Source: Lepidodermella squamata (Eukaryota > Animalia > Gastrotricha). From it: a stretch of 64,000 nucleotides of DNA. The notes under the pieces are model-generated. The model was not told the origin of the DNA, made no database searches, and worked only from the letters and a program-made list of their open reading frames with translations. The number at the start of each line of letters is the position of its first letter. The stretch's first letter is position 1. A program made the position numbers and the translations under genes. This document shows, piece after piece, positions 33,852-46,308 of this stretch. The stretch is from NCBI GenBank assembly GCA_047495785.1, contig JBLDXI010000011.1, positions 806,001-870,000 on the forward strand. The letters run 5' to 3'.

Positions 33852-36800
33852 ATGTTGACTGACCTCGGCTATCACTGTTATTCTTACCTATTCGGAATTG
33901 AGGTCCATAAGTATTCCATCACGGACTTGGATGCCTTACAATCTGGATTGGGATGGGAAACCGAAGACGATGACGATGAAGGTGGCCATCAAATCGTCGC
34001 ACTTCTGACCAAGATTCAGCTCAGTTTTGAGTCTGTAGCTCAGCAAATTAAGGCAACTTTTCCAGATCGGTAATTTCCATTTATTTCCATGAAAATTTAT
34101 TGCAATCTGTTAATAATAATATTATTAATTTGAAGAGATCACGTTCGAGTTGAATGCCACCACGAAGCCCTGCACACCCCATTCTTAACCTCTTATATTG
34201 AAGTAAAGGAATTATCCGGAGCTCTGATTCTAAACCAGGCCAACTCGGTTTTACAATCTAGGCTGTGCGCAACAATGGAAGGGGGTAATTAATTAATTTA
34301 AAAAAATCAGAAAATTCAAATAAAATAATTATTACTATTTTTAATATTAAAAAGGTTGGACGTTTTCTGTCTTCAGAATCAAGACTAGTGCATTGGAAGA
34401 AGACGAACTAGCCCTAGGGGCTGGTCAGCCGAAGAAAAAGCGACGTTTAGAGCAGACATTGGTCGATTTTATACTGTCTCACAGATCGGTTCTGTTCATA
34501 GACAATGACGATCGCTTGTGCCTATTCAGAGCCATTGTTCACGCTCTAGCTTACCGTGATTTTAATGAGCCGAGGGCTGGTCATGAACGTCACGGAAATT
34601 TCGAACTATTGCGTCCCTATTATTCGAAAGATCGCGATGCATTAACACCATTGGCAATCCAAGAGCGAGCAGTAGCATTCGAATACGAAGGGCAATTGGC
34701 TAAGCAGCTGATGGAGACTGCTGGTATTGATGGAAATAAAGATCGCTATGGCATCGCGGATTTTAAAAAAGCTGTTGAAACAATAGGGCTACCGTATCGT
34801 GGTAAATTCTGGTACCTGAATACTATTTCGACCCTAATTCAAGAATTTAATTTTCTCAGGGATTATTTACAACTTCAAAACGAAACAGGTTGTCGCAATT
34901 CATCCTCCGGCAACTGTTGAAATAGCTGACGAGCGAAAAATTTACATTGGTTTTATCAGTAGTCAAACTATTGCTTCACATGTCGAAGGAGGCGTAGGGT
35001 CGTTCGAAAGTGTCGGACACTACGTCGGCCTAACTGGTATTTCTAACATATCAGGCGGAAAAATCATGTGCCCATACTGCTTCATGCTCCATAAGAAAAA
35101 TTCCGTAGCGCATAAATGCAGTCGAAAGTGCAATAGGTGCCAAACCGTTGGGGCAGATTGTAAAAGCAGTCGAGAGCGGGACATAATATGTCGTGGCTCT
35201 TGCGGACTATATTACCATGGAAAGCAGTGCTATGAAGCTCATGTCAAGGTGAACCCAACTACTGGAAAATCAATCTGCGATTCTTTCTTCATGTGCAGCA
35301 AATGTGGAAGAACGTTGCCGGCGAAAGCTCGAAAAAAGCACAAATGTACGTGGTTGCGCAATTCGAAGCATGCTCAGTGAAATTTAATCTTTTAGGTGAA
35401 ATTCGAAACTGCCGTGTCTGTAAAGGTGATTTGCCTCCACGCGACGAGTCTGCACCGCACGAGTGCGTTATTCAACCTGGTAGGATTGGGAAAGTAAAGC
35501 CGAGGTTGCTTGCGTTGTTTGATTTCGAGACAATTCGAGGCAACGATGGCACCCTGATACCTGTAGTTGTTTGTCTCAATTTCTTTTGCGAATCTTGCAA
35601 ATTCCTACCGAGCTCTGACAAATGTCCCGCAAATTGTACTAATGATGATCCACGCACTCACTCATTTGTCTCTGACGGAAGTGACAATTCTTGCGTTAAC
35701 AAGCTAATGCGGTACATTCTTCAGGAGCAGTTCAGAGGTCTCTTCCTGTTGTCTCACAATGGAGCTCGGTAATTTTAATTTCGAAAAACACTTTAGTTTT
35801 GAGATTTATTTCCCTACTATTACTATAACAAGCTTCGATCACATGTTCATCATGGCTTGGCTGCAGAGACATGAATACCAATTTGAAACTATCCACCACA
35901 ACAATAGTGTCATGGAGATCAAAGTTGAAGGCAGCATTGTATTTCGCGACTTTTACTTGCTAACAATGACGAGTTTGGCAGCGCTTTTCAAAGCATTTGA
36001 CCTACAAAATGAAGACATTACTGGGAAGCAATTTTTTCCCTACAACCTGTTGACGCCCGAAAACTGGTTGAAAGACGTAATCAACGCCCCAACACTGAAT
36101 GACTATGACACGTCAAAAATGTCATCTGCGAAAATCGATGAATTGAAACTACATATCGCACGGAATTCTTCATCTAATTTCAGCCTGAAATCGGAAACTG
36201 TTGCGTACTGTCATAGCGATGTCGTATTGCTACAGCAATGTGTAGTCAAATTCCGTGAGCTGATCCGTGAAATAACAACCATACCGGGGTCTTGTGACGA
36301 CGGTATCGACCCTATCGCAGGTAAACCTAATAAAAAGTCCCTTTTGAATGAACCTCCACCTTAAAAATTTCTGCTTTTGAAGAGTCGCGAACTCTTGCTT
36401 CACTATCAAATTTGATTTGGAGAACTCTTTATCTGGATAAAAATCTGCCTATACACCTGGTACCAAATACAGGTTATTCCGCGGGGTACATTTTTATTAT
36501 TTTTACTTTTGATGAACATGATGGGAATTCTGTAAACCTCTCAGACCGAATTATTCCCGCGAATCGGTGATTTGGTTCGAATTTTTATCACAAAAAAGTA
36601 ACAAGCGGATTCTGCATGCTGGAAATTCGAATGGCGAGGTCACCATCAAGTTGCCAGAAACTTCAAAATTCTATCGATTCAAACCAGACGGGGTTGTTCT
36701 GGATGAAAATGGTCACATTCGCGAAGTATTTCAATATCATGGTGATCATTGGCACGGTTGTTTGCGATGCTATCCTGACTGCACGAATAAGCTACACCCG

Positions 36801-38942
36801 GTCCGGAATGTCACCTTTGGTGAGTTGTATCGTGAGACACTGGCGAAAGATCAGGCGGTAATTGACGCCGGCTATCAGCTAACTGTCACATGGGGATGCG
36901 AAGCCAAGCGAATCATGGCTGAAGACACTGTTTTAGCAGGCGAAATCGAGCGAACACTCACTATTGTTGACAGAGCTATGCCACGGCAATTTTACACAGG
37001 TGGACGCACCGAGGTATAATAATAATAATAACTTTTATGCAAGACCACCAAGTAACAGTCATAATGACTGTTCACAGGTTTTCAGGCTACATTACGAGAC
37101 ATTACCAGGGGAGAAGATAAGGTATTTGGATGTGAATAGTCTGTACCCGGCTGTGCTGAGCTCGAAGCTTGGATCGGTGCAAGACGGATACGAGGAAGTA
37201 TTTTTTCCTTACGGCAAGCCATGCCCGAAGGTTTTGGCAATGCGAAACAATGACATTGATCTGCGAGCACACTTCTTTTCGAAAGAAGATCCAAGCTTTG
37301 GACTTACTAGTTGCCTCGTACGAATCAAGCGTGATGTCTACCTGCCAATTCTAGGGTATAGAACGTCCAGAGGCTGCCTGAAATTCGGATCTTGCCGTTC
37401 ATGTATGGAACTGGGAGCTCAAGTCGCATGTGTACACAATGACGAAGAACGATGCTTTCATGCTTACGTGACAACTTCAGAATTGAGGCTCGCGCTCGAT
37501 TATGGTCAATGCGAAATCGTCCGCTTCTATGGTACTAAATTTTCCTAATTTAATTGTATCTTCCCTATGATATATCGTGGGCATCTCTTCATAGAGACAT
37601 ACCACTACCCGAAGAAATCCAACATGATATTTCGTTCGTTCATTTACGCTGGGCTAAAAGTGAGTAATCAGTAGCTTATTTAACCTTTTGTTTGAACTAC
37701 CTGTTCACTCTAAAGATCAAGCTCGAATCCAGCGGCTATGATGGGCCTGACATTGATGACTACATTGAGACTTGCTCAAAACTGTACGGGTTTAAGATGG
37801 ATAAAGACAAGCTGAAGAACCCCAATTCAGCACTGAGATCCCTTGGGAAATTGCTGTTAAACACTGGTTGGAATTGTTTAGTTGGCTAATAATTCTGATA
37901 ACCTTCCATCTCTCTCTCTTTTTATTTTAGCTTATGGAAAACTGGGTCTTAGACCTGATGGAATTCAAGTTTCATATGTCGACACACCATCAGAGTTGTT
38001 GAGACTACTTCGAAGACCTGGCATGAAAATTCATGACATTGCCGTATTGCCTCCGAGTGAAGACTTCGAAGATGATGGTGATGGGATGCTAACCAAAGAA
38101 CGGTTACGCATCACTCATTCAACTGAATTGGAAGAGTTCCAACCCTCGTTACCTGTGTCTAACATTGTTCTAGCAGCCATGGTTACTTCTGCTGCTAGAA
38201 TTTACCTCTTCAAACAGCTCCATCGGCTCCAGGCAACCTTGTTGTATACTGATACTGGTGAGAATTCCGAAACAAAGTGCCCTAAATTCAACCATGAGTC
38301 GATCTTTCATTCATGTTTTAGACTCTTGCATTTACGTGGAAAAGCCGGGATCAGCCGTGCCACTGCACACAGGCGACTGTCTGGGTAAATATATTGAACC
38401 GTTCAGAATAAAAATGAAAAAAAATCGGAATGAATATTCTTAAACTATTATAGGTAACTGGAAAGATGAGATCGGATCGGGAGATTACATCACAAAGTAA
38501 GGAATGAATATAACGAATTCAAAATCCAAGGTTAAATGTACCTTTATCAGATTTATTGGTTTGGCACCGAAGACGTATCTGATACAACAATCTAACGGAG
38601 TAAGCTCTCCTGAACTTCTGACTAAACGAACAATTCTTAATCTAATTATTGTACTAGCAAACTACAATTCGAATGAAAGGCTTCCAGCTGAAACCTGCCC
38701 TCGAGAGGCAAGTCAACTACGACAGTTTCATGCGACTTCTTCACTCTATCAATGCTGACAAGAACGCAGACGAGGCTTGTTTGAAGTTGGAACAGCAGGT
38801 TTGGCGCCGATTTCAGTGCCATCCCTATGCAAAGGTTGCAATTCAAGATGTGATAAAAACACTCCGATTCAAGTTTATGAAACGCTTCATTTCAGATTAT
38901 GAAACATTCGAAACTGTACCCTTTGGTTATATTAAGGGCTAA
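33852..38942 (+). CDS. pPolB with OTU-like, Cys-rich and Vsr-like domains; 15 introns
   Basis: Splicing restores LFDFET, HNGARFD, YCHSDV, DVNSLYP, KLLLNTAYGK, YTDTDS, APKTY and a terminal VPFGY, with no stops or frameshifts found. Confidence 0.93.
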
Positions 38943-38958
38943 CGGACTGAATTGTGAG

Positions 38959-40121
38959 CATGGCGATGTACAATAATAATAATAATATCGCCATGCTTTC
39001 TGACGAGGACTATGTAACTCTTGATGAGCTTTTACATCCATTATATTATACTGCTAACTTGCCCAGTTCATTTCGATCTATTAAAATTCTGTACGAAGCT
39101 GCAAAGGCCAGGTATCCAAATAATCGGGTCATTACCTATAAAACAGTTCGAGAATGGCTATCGGCTCAACCGGCTTATAGCCTTTTCCGGCAAGCTTCTA
39201 CGCGCAATCGTAAGCTTTATAGGCGAGTTGCGGTACATGCTAAGGGTTCCACCTTTGCTGGGGACCTAATGGAAATTACGAAGGAATATCAATTTTTCAA
39301 CGCGAGAAAGAAGTATGTCCTATGCATAAAGGACCTTTTTACCCGCAAAACTTGGTTGAGGGTGTTGAAAAATAAAACAGCTGCTATAGTGCTTGGTGCG
39401 ATTAAAGGTATCATGTCCGAAATCGACTTGATCCCTAATCAGGTAATTACTGACAAAGGTAAGAGAAAACATCTGTCTGCCGCAGTGTCTTAATCTCCAT
39501 TTAAAATCTCTGATCTAATTAGGATCCGAGTTTCGCGATAAGAAAGTTCAAAAGTACTTTTCTGATCTCGGCGCCAGGTTTTACCTCACTAATTCTCCCA
39601 AGAAGGTGGGTGCAATCGAGACATTTATCAAGAACCTTCGAATGCGATTGGTTCGATATATGATGGCTAATAACACTAAAAATTTCATCGATAAACTTGA
39701 CGACATTTTGGATGCAATCAATAGCTGCCCAAATTCAACAACCGGCTTTAGCCCTGATGAGTTATGGAACCTTAACCCTGAATTGAATGTGGCGCTTTCG
39801 CAACCCGGTTTCATGACTGTTTATGAGGATCACCCAGACAATTTAGTCGCTCATCGAAACGCTTTCAAGACGATTCGCCAAATACGAGTGAAATTCAATT
39901 TGGGAGATCGCGTTCGGATCTTGCAACAGCGGAAAATTTTCAAAAACCGAATTAAACACCCGATTTTTAGCGACAGAATCTACCATGTGACTGAAATTCT
40001 TCCTCAAAATGATCACTCGACGGTGGCTTACCGCGTATCATCTGACCCCAACGATAAATCCGGGCAACTGAAGCGTGTTTTCTACACGCATGAGCTCCAG
40101 AAGTTATATAAAGAGAAGTGA
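38959..40121 (+). CDS. rve integrase, 1 intron, no chromodomain
   Basis: YYTANLPSSFRS, GDLME; intron 39459-39523 restores TDKGSEF; AIETFIK; ends at YTHELQKLYKEK. Confidence 0.92.
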
Positions 40122-40136
40122 TTTCGCACGCACCTT

Positions 40137-40409
40137 ATGGTAATGTCATCCATTTCAAATCCCGAACTTGCGTCAACTGATCGTCGATCTCAGCAACTTC
40201 GACCTTTTCTCCTTGCAACGAGAACCGCAACTGCTTTTCAACCACCGAGTTTATCAAGCGTACCTAGATCCTCTTCATCATTAGCATCGCGATCAAAGCA
40301 AGTACTCGCCCTGGCTCTTACTCTGGTTTTACTGCTTTTGACCTTGGTTGTCCACCATCTACTATATCCAACCGTACCTACTCTACCTAATAATGCTGTC
40401 AGTCAATAG
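40137..40409 (+). CDS. Small single-pass membrane protein
   Basis: VLALALTLVLLLLTLVVHHLL helix; overlaps the minor capsid start, as in element 1. Confidence 0.65.
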   Translation: MVMSSISNPELASTDRRSQQLRPFLLATRTATAFQPPSLSSVPRSSSSLASRSKQVLALALTLVLLLLTLVVHHLLYPTVPTLPNNAVSQ

Positions 40410-41578
40410 CTACTACGGCAAGGACTTGATTCTAGTTCTACCATCTCATGCGTCATCAGATTTGTATCCTCAAAATACTGCTGCAGAGTTCAAAGTCAAG
40501 CTTCCACATATTATTGGTAAGTTGAATAAACTCGTATCGTGTTGCATCTTGTTACGCCTTCCGATAATAGATTTAGGGAGCGTTGGCTCTCATGAAGCTG
40601 CCCTCCTCGAGGTTTGCACTCCATCGCAGGTTGTTTCGCTGAAAAAGTCCACTTTTTTCGTTTTCAAAACCTCTTGGTTGGACCGTGGCACTCTTGAGGA
40701 ATCACCTTACAACAACCCTTTGGAGTTTGCCGAGTGCCATGTGGGTGGTCGCATCTACGAGACAATGACAGATTACATCAATGACTTGCTCTCTGCTATG
40801 CCTGAATGGGCTGAAATCAACATGGCCTATGAGGAAGGCAAAGATCGCATTCGCTTTGACCTAAAACCCGGCTTCGGGTTGTACCTTCCCGAATTTGCGG
40901 GGCAGATTCTTGGTTTTGGAAAGGCTGTCGTTTTAATTAACGTCCCTCCAGATGAAGAGTCTAGTGGGGATGAAGATTGGCAGCAGAGACATGAACGGGA
41001 ATATTTGAGCCTCTTCAGTCATTTATTGCGATTTATACTGGCCGGAAAAGATGGCAAAAAGTTGGTAATGGCAAATGGGAAAAAACCTACATATCAGACC
41101 GACGAAGATGGTAAATTAACCCTGAATCTTTATCAGAGGAGTTTGGCAGATGAGGTCTCATTGGCCGCTGAGGTTGCTTATCGATCCACGCGCAAAGATC
41201 AGCCGCTCTACTCTGAATTCATTCCGCAAATTCATTTCCACACTCCGCTGATTTATTGCTACACGGACCTCATTGAGCCGGTTATTTGCGGTGATAAAAG
41301 TGTCCCTTTGCTGCGAGTTTTTCCCGCGTCTTCTGGCGCATCCAACAAGCAAAAGTACAACCTGATCAGTTTTGCTGGCTCAACACCGTACTATCACCCA
41401 ATCAAGTCGCAATTTTTGGACACCCTGAGCTTCATGATGTGCCTCGATTCAGGTATCTGTGATTTTCTTCTTCATCGTCAGCTGTGATTTTTACGAATTG
41501 ATGATTTTAGGAGAGAAATTAGTATTTAAACAAGGGAAAAGTATGCTGACAATCCACATACGTCCCATTCGCCATTAA
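40393..41578 (+). CDS. Minor capsid protein, 2 introns
   Basis: LVLPSHAS..YPQNTAAEFKVKLP, IYCYTDLIEP..GDK..PLLRVFP; last exon GEKLVF...LTIHIRP. Confidence 0.87.
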
Positions 41579-41580
41579 AA

Positions 41581-42103
41581 ATGCGACAACCTATTAGCTC
41601 CGATTCATACCTGCACTGGTTTCAGCAACAACAGACTGGTCGTGGGATTTCTTCTTCAATCCAACCATTCACTGGACCCTCTATTGTTTTGATGCCACAA
41701 GTCGGTAATGGCTTGGGTAAGAACGGCGATTAGTTTTCATCAACATTCTTAGGAATTTCTCGTGTGTTGTTTTTTTTCTTTTCAAAAAAAAATATTAGGT
41801 ACTTGGCTCCGAGGTTGGGTACGAAATAGCCTGATTCCATTTCTACCCAGGCTCTTAAACACTGCTGCTACAGCGGCATCCAACATAGCTTCAGATATCT
41901 CCACGCGTCAACAGAGTGGCGCAGATCTCAATGTAGCTGAGGTTTTAAAAAACCGAGGATTGGAAGGTCTCAAGTCTGTTGGCAAAGAAGCTGTTAATCA
42001 TTTAGCTTCTCAGTATGGATCTGGAAAGCGCAAACGCAAAGGGAAACCAAAAAAGCGTGCAGTTTTGTTCAAGCAGCCAAAATCGGATCGCATTTTGTTC
42101 TAA
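41581..42103 (+). CDS. Putative core protein with QxGxG motifs, 1 intron
   Basis: QTGRG, QVGNGLG, QYGSG and a basic tail; homologous to 10304-10807. Confidence 0.8.
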
Positions 42104-42179
42104 TTAAGTGTGTGTATATAAAGGATCTTCAGAAATTGAATAAATTGTAATCGCCCAAGTGCTTTACGTTTTTACAATC

Positions 42180-43528
42180 ATGTCTGACCATGCTATTAGA
42201 GCCGAATTAGCTGTTTTTGCCTCACCTGCATTCACAAATGAAATCACAGGAACGCACGTAACTGAATGCTTTCCAACAACATCGATAAGTGGAGCCCAGC
42301 AGATAACATTTGTTATCCCTGCTTCTGAAGCCTTCACGGACCTCAGTCACACCTATTTATCAATCAAGGCTACGCTAACACCGACGAATGATGACATCAC
42401 AACAGAGACATTTTGCTGCGCGGGCGTAAATAACCTGTTGAACTCCTTATTCGAGGACTGTCACATTTATCTCAACGAATGCTTAATCACGCAGAATTCT
42501 TCGCTCCATAGCTACCAGGCATATATGGAAAACTTCTTATCGGCAACACAAGATATCCAGTCAACAAAGCTCACCAACGTTGGTTGGTACCCTGATACCC
42601 CCGGGTTGTTCAACAATCTGAAGGAAAATGCAGGGTTCAAATCTCGTCGTGCGCTGGTGAAGAATTTCGAACAAAAACCCGTCATCTCTTTGCTGGGGAA
42701 AATTTCGACCGATTTCTTCAATCAGGAACGATATTTGATCCCACAAACAAGCGTGCGAATTAAGCTGACTCTACACAAGCCAGAGTTTTTCCTTATGTCT
42801 GATAATCTGGCAAATTACGAGTTCAAACTTCTGGAGGCGGTCTTGCTAGTAAAACGAGTTGAGGTTGTTCCCGAGGTCACCATTGCACTTGAAAAGGCGC
42901 TATTGGAAGCACCGGCTCGTTACAGTTTCACTCATACGGTGACTAAACCATTCAATTTGCCTACCAATATGACGGCCATTTTCCTCAACAACGTTGTATT
43001 AGGAGTGATTCCCGAAAAGATTGTATTAGGTAAAAAGAAAAAACCCATTTTTTTCAGACCATTCTAATATAACTTGTTTTACCATTGCAAGCCATGGTCG
43101 AGGATGAAGGTATTCAGGGTTCAGCTGCCACCAACCCTTTCAGGTTTCAACATTTCGGTCTTCAGAATATAACAATTACCATCGATGGAAAGGCTGTTGG
43201 TGGCACACCTCTTGCAATGGATTTCGAAGCTAACGATTGTGCCCGAGTTTACCAACTCATGCAAGATACCATATTTCCGACTTCGAATTCAAAGTGTGTC
43301 AACATAAGTCGGGATGATTTCGTCAAAGGTGGTGGCTTTGTCATGGCATTCGACTTGAGTCAGGATTCGGATCCTAATGGACGTTTGACGCAGACAGGAC
43401 AGATGGCGATCAACCTTCTCTTCAGCAAGAAACTGACTTCTCCAACGACTTTGATTGCCGTAATGTATTATAAAAACAAGACGCTAGAAATTCAGGCCAA
43501 CAGAACAGTCCTACATAATTTCTTCTAA
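42180..43528 (+). CDS. Major capsid protein, 1 intron
   Basis: ITFVIP..FTDLSHTYL, FNQERYLIP, NPFRFQHF, FDLSQD; intron ~43031-43090. Confidence 0.9.
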
Positions 43529-43534
43529 GAAAAC

Positions 43535-44026
43535 ATGAACACCCTGGAACTGAATGCTTTGCTCCATTCCGACCCTATTATCAATCAAGGTGTTTACGCT
43601 ACAATTCCGTGCGATATGCTTCATTATTACGAAAACTATGATATGCATACTAAGCCTCTTTACCTAATCGTGAATGCCTCTCCAAGCTCGACAGCAGGCA
43701 CTCATTGGATAGCCATACATGTAACGGAAACATCAATTACCTTCATGGACTCTTATGGTCAGGATTCGGGATCTTGGTCGGTTCGTCTGGACCATTTCAT
43801 CGGTAACATGGCGAATTGTGGCAGGAAGCTCGTATCATTCAATCACCGCGGCCTTCAACCGTTTGACAGTGCCTACTGTGGTTTGTATTGCCTGGTATTC
43901 CTACATCAGTCAGCTCGCGGTGTTTCCCTACCTAATATTCTTTCGTTAATCACTAATCATGGCTGGAATACGAGAGCCGAAAATGACGCTTTTGTTGCAC
44001 GCTTTGTTAAGGACAACTTTGCATAG
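43535..44026 (+). CDS. Adenain-like cysteine protease
   Basis: GTHWIA, FMDSYG, LQ....YCGLYC. Confidence 0.93.
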   Translation: MNTLELNALLHSDPIINQGVYATIPCDMLHYYENYDMHTKPLYLIVNASPSSTAGTHWIAIHVTETSITFMDSYGQDSGSWSVRLDHFIGNMANCGRKLVSFNHRGLQPFDSAYCGLYCLVFLHQSARGVSLPNILSLITNHGWNTRAENDAFVARFVKDNFA

Positions 44027-44097
44027 TATATAAAAAGAGCTGCTTGTAAATGTTACCTACCATACATAATATTAATAAATCCATAACGGAAGATTAT

Positions 44098-44899
44098 ATG
44101 ACGATGACTTCGTTTACCACAGCTTTCCAGGCACCTTGTACTATAATCATTTCTGGCCCTAGTCAGGGTGGAAAATCAACACTAATCAAAGATATTTTGC
44201 TGTACCCTGGCTCATTCGATAGACCTATCGATAGGGTAGTTTGGTTTCGAGGTATTGCTCAACCAGGTCATGTCGAACTCAGTCAACAAGTTCGGGCAGT
44301 GCGTGGAATTCCGATCGAATATCGGGATGACATAACAACCTTTCACGAGGCTGATTACCTGGGACCTGGGCATAAGCTGCTGGTATTCGATGATAATTAC
44401 TGCGATGCCAAGGATATGAAGCAAGTTGCAGAACTGTTTTACCGCGGTTCGCATCACAGCCAAATTTCAGTAATAATGGCGCAAAATAATTTATTTCCTC
44501 GGTTTGTTTACTGCTGTATGAATAATATATTATAACCATGATTTTTAGAGGAAAGTTTTCCCGAGATGTCACCTTGAATGCGAGATACATTATTGTTTTT
44601 CGCTCACCTTGTGACATGACTCAGTTCGGACACCTGGCTCGTCGAATTTTACCCAAAGACTGGAGATTCTTGCAAGGTTAACAATTTAAATTTCATTTGA
44701 ATATTACCGCTTCACATCATTAAAATATATAGAGAGCTTTGACATTGCTACGAGCGCGCCTTTTGGTTATCTTTTAATAGATAACACATCATCTTGCCCG
44801 CCGTTACTCCGTTTTCGAAACTTTATCGGATCTCGAACTGGCAACGTTTTTGTAAAGGTGGAAGACGTTCCCAGCTTGAACCTACCACTGACTATATAA
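44098..44899 (+). CDS. Packaging ATPase, 2 introns
   Basis: GPSQGGKST, LLVFDD, SHH..ISVIMAQN, LNARYI, PFGYLLID. Confidence 0.92.
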
Positions 44900-45087
44900 A
44901 AAGGACTCTGTGTTACAGTAGGAATAAACACATCAAACTCTTGATTATGTTCGGTTTATTGTGTTACTACTACTACGAATACTACTACTACTACAGTATA
45001 TGTTAAGCATACGTAGATTAAGTAAGCGATTATATATATTGTCCAGTGTCAGTTTAGTCCATTGAGCCGAGAACGAATTCTCTCTCT

Positions 45088-45741
45088 CTACTCGTTCAGG
45101 TTCGAGAGCATGTAGTAGATCATGTGCTGCAGTTCCATGAAGACTGCATCTGAGGCACAAAAACCATCTTGCGAGAATTCCTGCGAATTTTCTTGTCCAA
45201 TGATGTTATTACCCGCAGCAGGCAGGAAAAGGCGGACATCGACATATGTGCGGGGTGACCCGTTCGGACGAAATACCTTGGCGTGAAACATTCCTCCGAT
45301 GTGATGTTTCGGTCCATTGCACATCATCTTCCCTCTCGGTAGTTTCAGCTCCTGCTTGATCTTGTCAACCCATGAGCCTTCGATCTGCATGCTTTCATAA
45401 ATCATTCGCAGCTCTCGAGCTGAGAGATACAAACCCTTGCGTGTATAGTAGAGTTTGTTCACTTCGATTGCATGACCAATGAAAAACTCAAGATCTGGAA
45501 CGTGATCATCATGATTTCGACGCAAGATCATGAAGGTGGGCTCTTTACAGCTTGTTATCGACTGCCTGGCCAAGGTGTAGTGTACTCGCTGAAATCGACT
45601 GAGGTCATTCCAACCAGGAATCAAACCGCTTCGATTTGAGCCGGCAGCAGCAGCAGCAGCATGACCACGTGGAGGTAGCAATGGACCATCGATTGTTGGC
45701 GATGACGGGGTATCCATGGTGGTGGTGGTGGTAGTTTCCAT
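45088..45741 (-). CDS. PC4-like ssDNA-binding/coactivator-fold protein (two degenerate repeats)
   Basis: YTRKGLYLSAREL and HIGG..HAKV..YVDVRLF resemble PC4 motifs (VDIR..; RKGISL..EQW). Confidence 0.6.
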   Translation of the reverse strand: METTTTTTMDTPSSPTIDGPLLPPRGHAAAAAAGSNRSGLIPGWNDLSRFQRVHYTLARQSITSCKEPTFMILRRNHDDHVPDLEFFIGHAIEVNKLYYTRKGLYLSARELRMIYESMQIEGSWVDKIKQELKLPRGKMMCNGPKHHIGGMFHAKVFRPNGSPRTYVDVRLFLPAAGNNIIGQENSQEFSQDGFCASDAVFMELQHMIYYMLSNLNE

Positions 45742-45924
45742 CGAATAAAAGAAGTTATCTCAGGATATATACTACCAAAATGTAAAGCAAGCGTTAGTTA
45801 TGACTATTTCCACCCTTCTCCGCAGGCAACCTTTTATACAGGTCGGACCGTTAGTTGTCATATAGGTATTGTTTGATTAAGTATATTAACCGTTTCTAGT
45901 GACAGTTTGTTAATTAATAATATT

Positions 45925-46308
45925 ATGGCGCCAAAGGCGCAAACGTCAAAGCGGCAACGAACTCTTGACTTCCTACGGCTGCTTACCCAGGCACCACCTA
46001 GCCAGCGGCGACGGTTGCTCGGGTTGGCGCCAACTCGTATAGTTGTTCTGCTAACCGAAATCTGTCTAAATTTGCTACGTCATAACCTGTCAGCGGACTC
46101 GAAGACAGTTAAGAAGCTACGTACATATAAAGCAACTATCGAGCGCATTTCCAAGTTTAAATCACCAGACATCAACCGCCAATTGCTAGTTCAAAACGGC
46201 AGTGGTGCTTTCATTCCCCTACTTATTTCAGCTGCTAGTAGCGTTCTACCTTCAGTTATTGACGGTATTTTGGCACTTCGTAAAAGCAGCACTAATCGTG
46301 ATGTCTGA
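45925..46308 (+). CDS. Small basic conserved Polinton protein with QNGSG motif
   Basis: LTEICLNLL, RQLLVQNGSGAFIPLLI; counterpart of 7037-7381. Confidence 0.8.
   Translation: MAPKAQTSKRQRTLDFLRLLTQAPPSQRRRLLGLAPTRIVVLLTEICLNLLRHNLSADSKTVKKLRTYKATIERISKFKSPDINRQLLVQNGSGAFIPLLISAASSVLPSVIDGILALRKSSTNRDV

Noticed and set aside
33852-38942. Non-canonical or self-splicing introns
   Set aside because: All inferred introns are short GT-AG, too small for group I/II.
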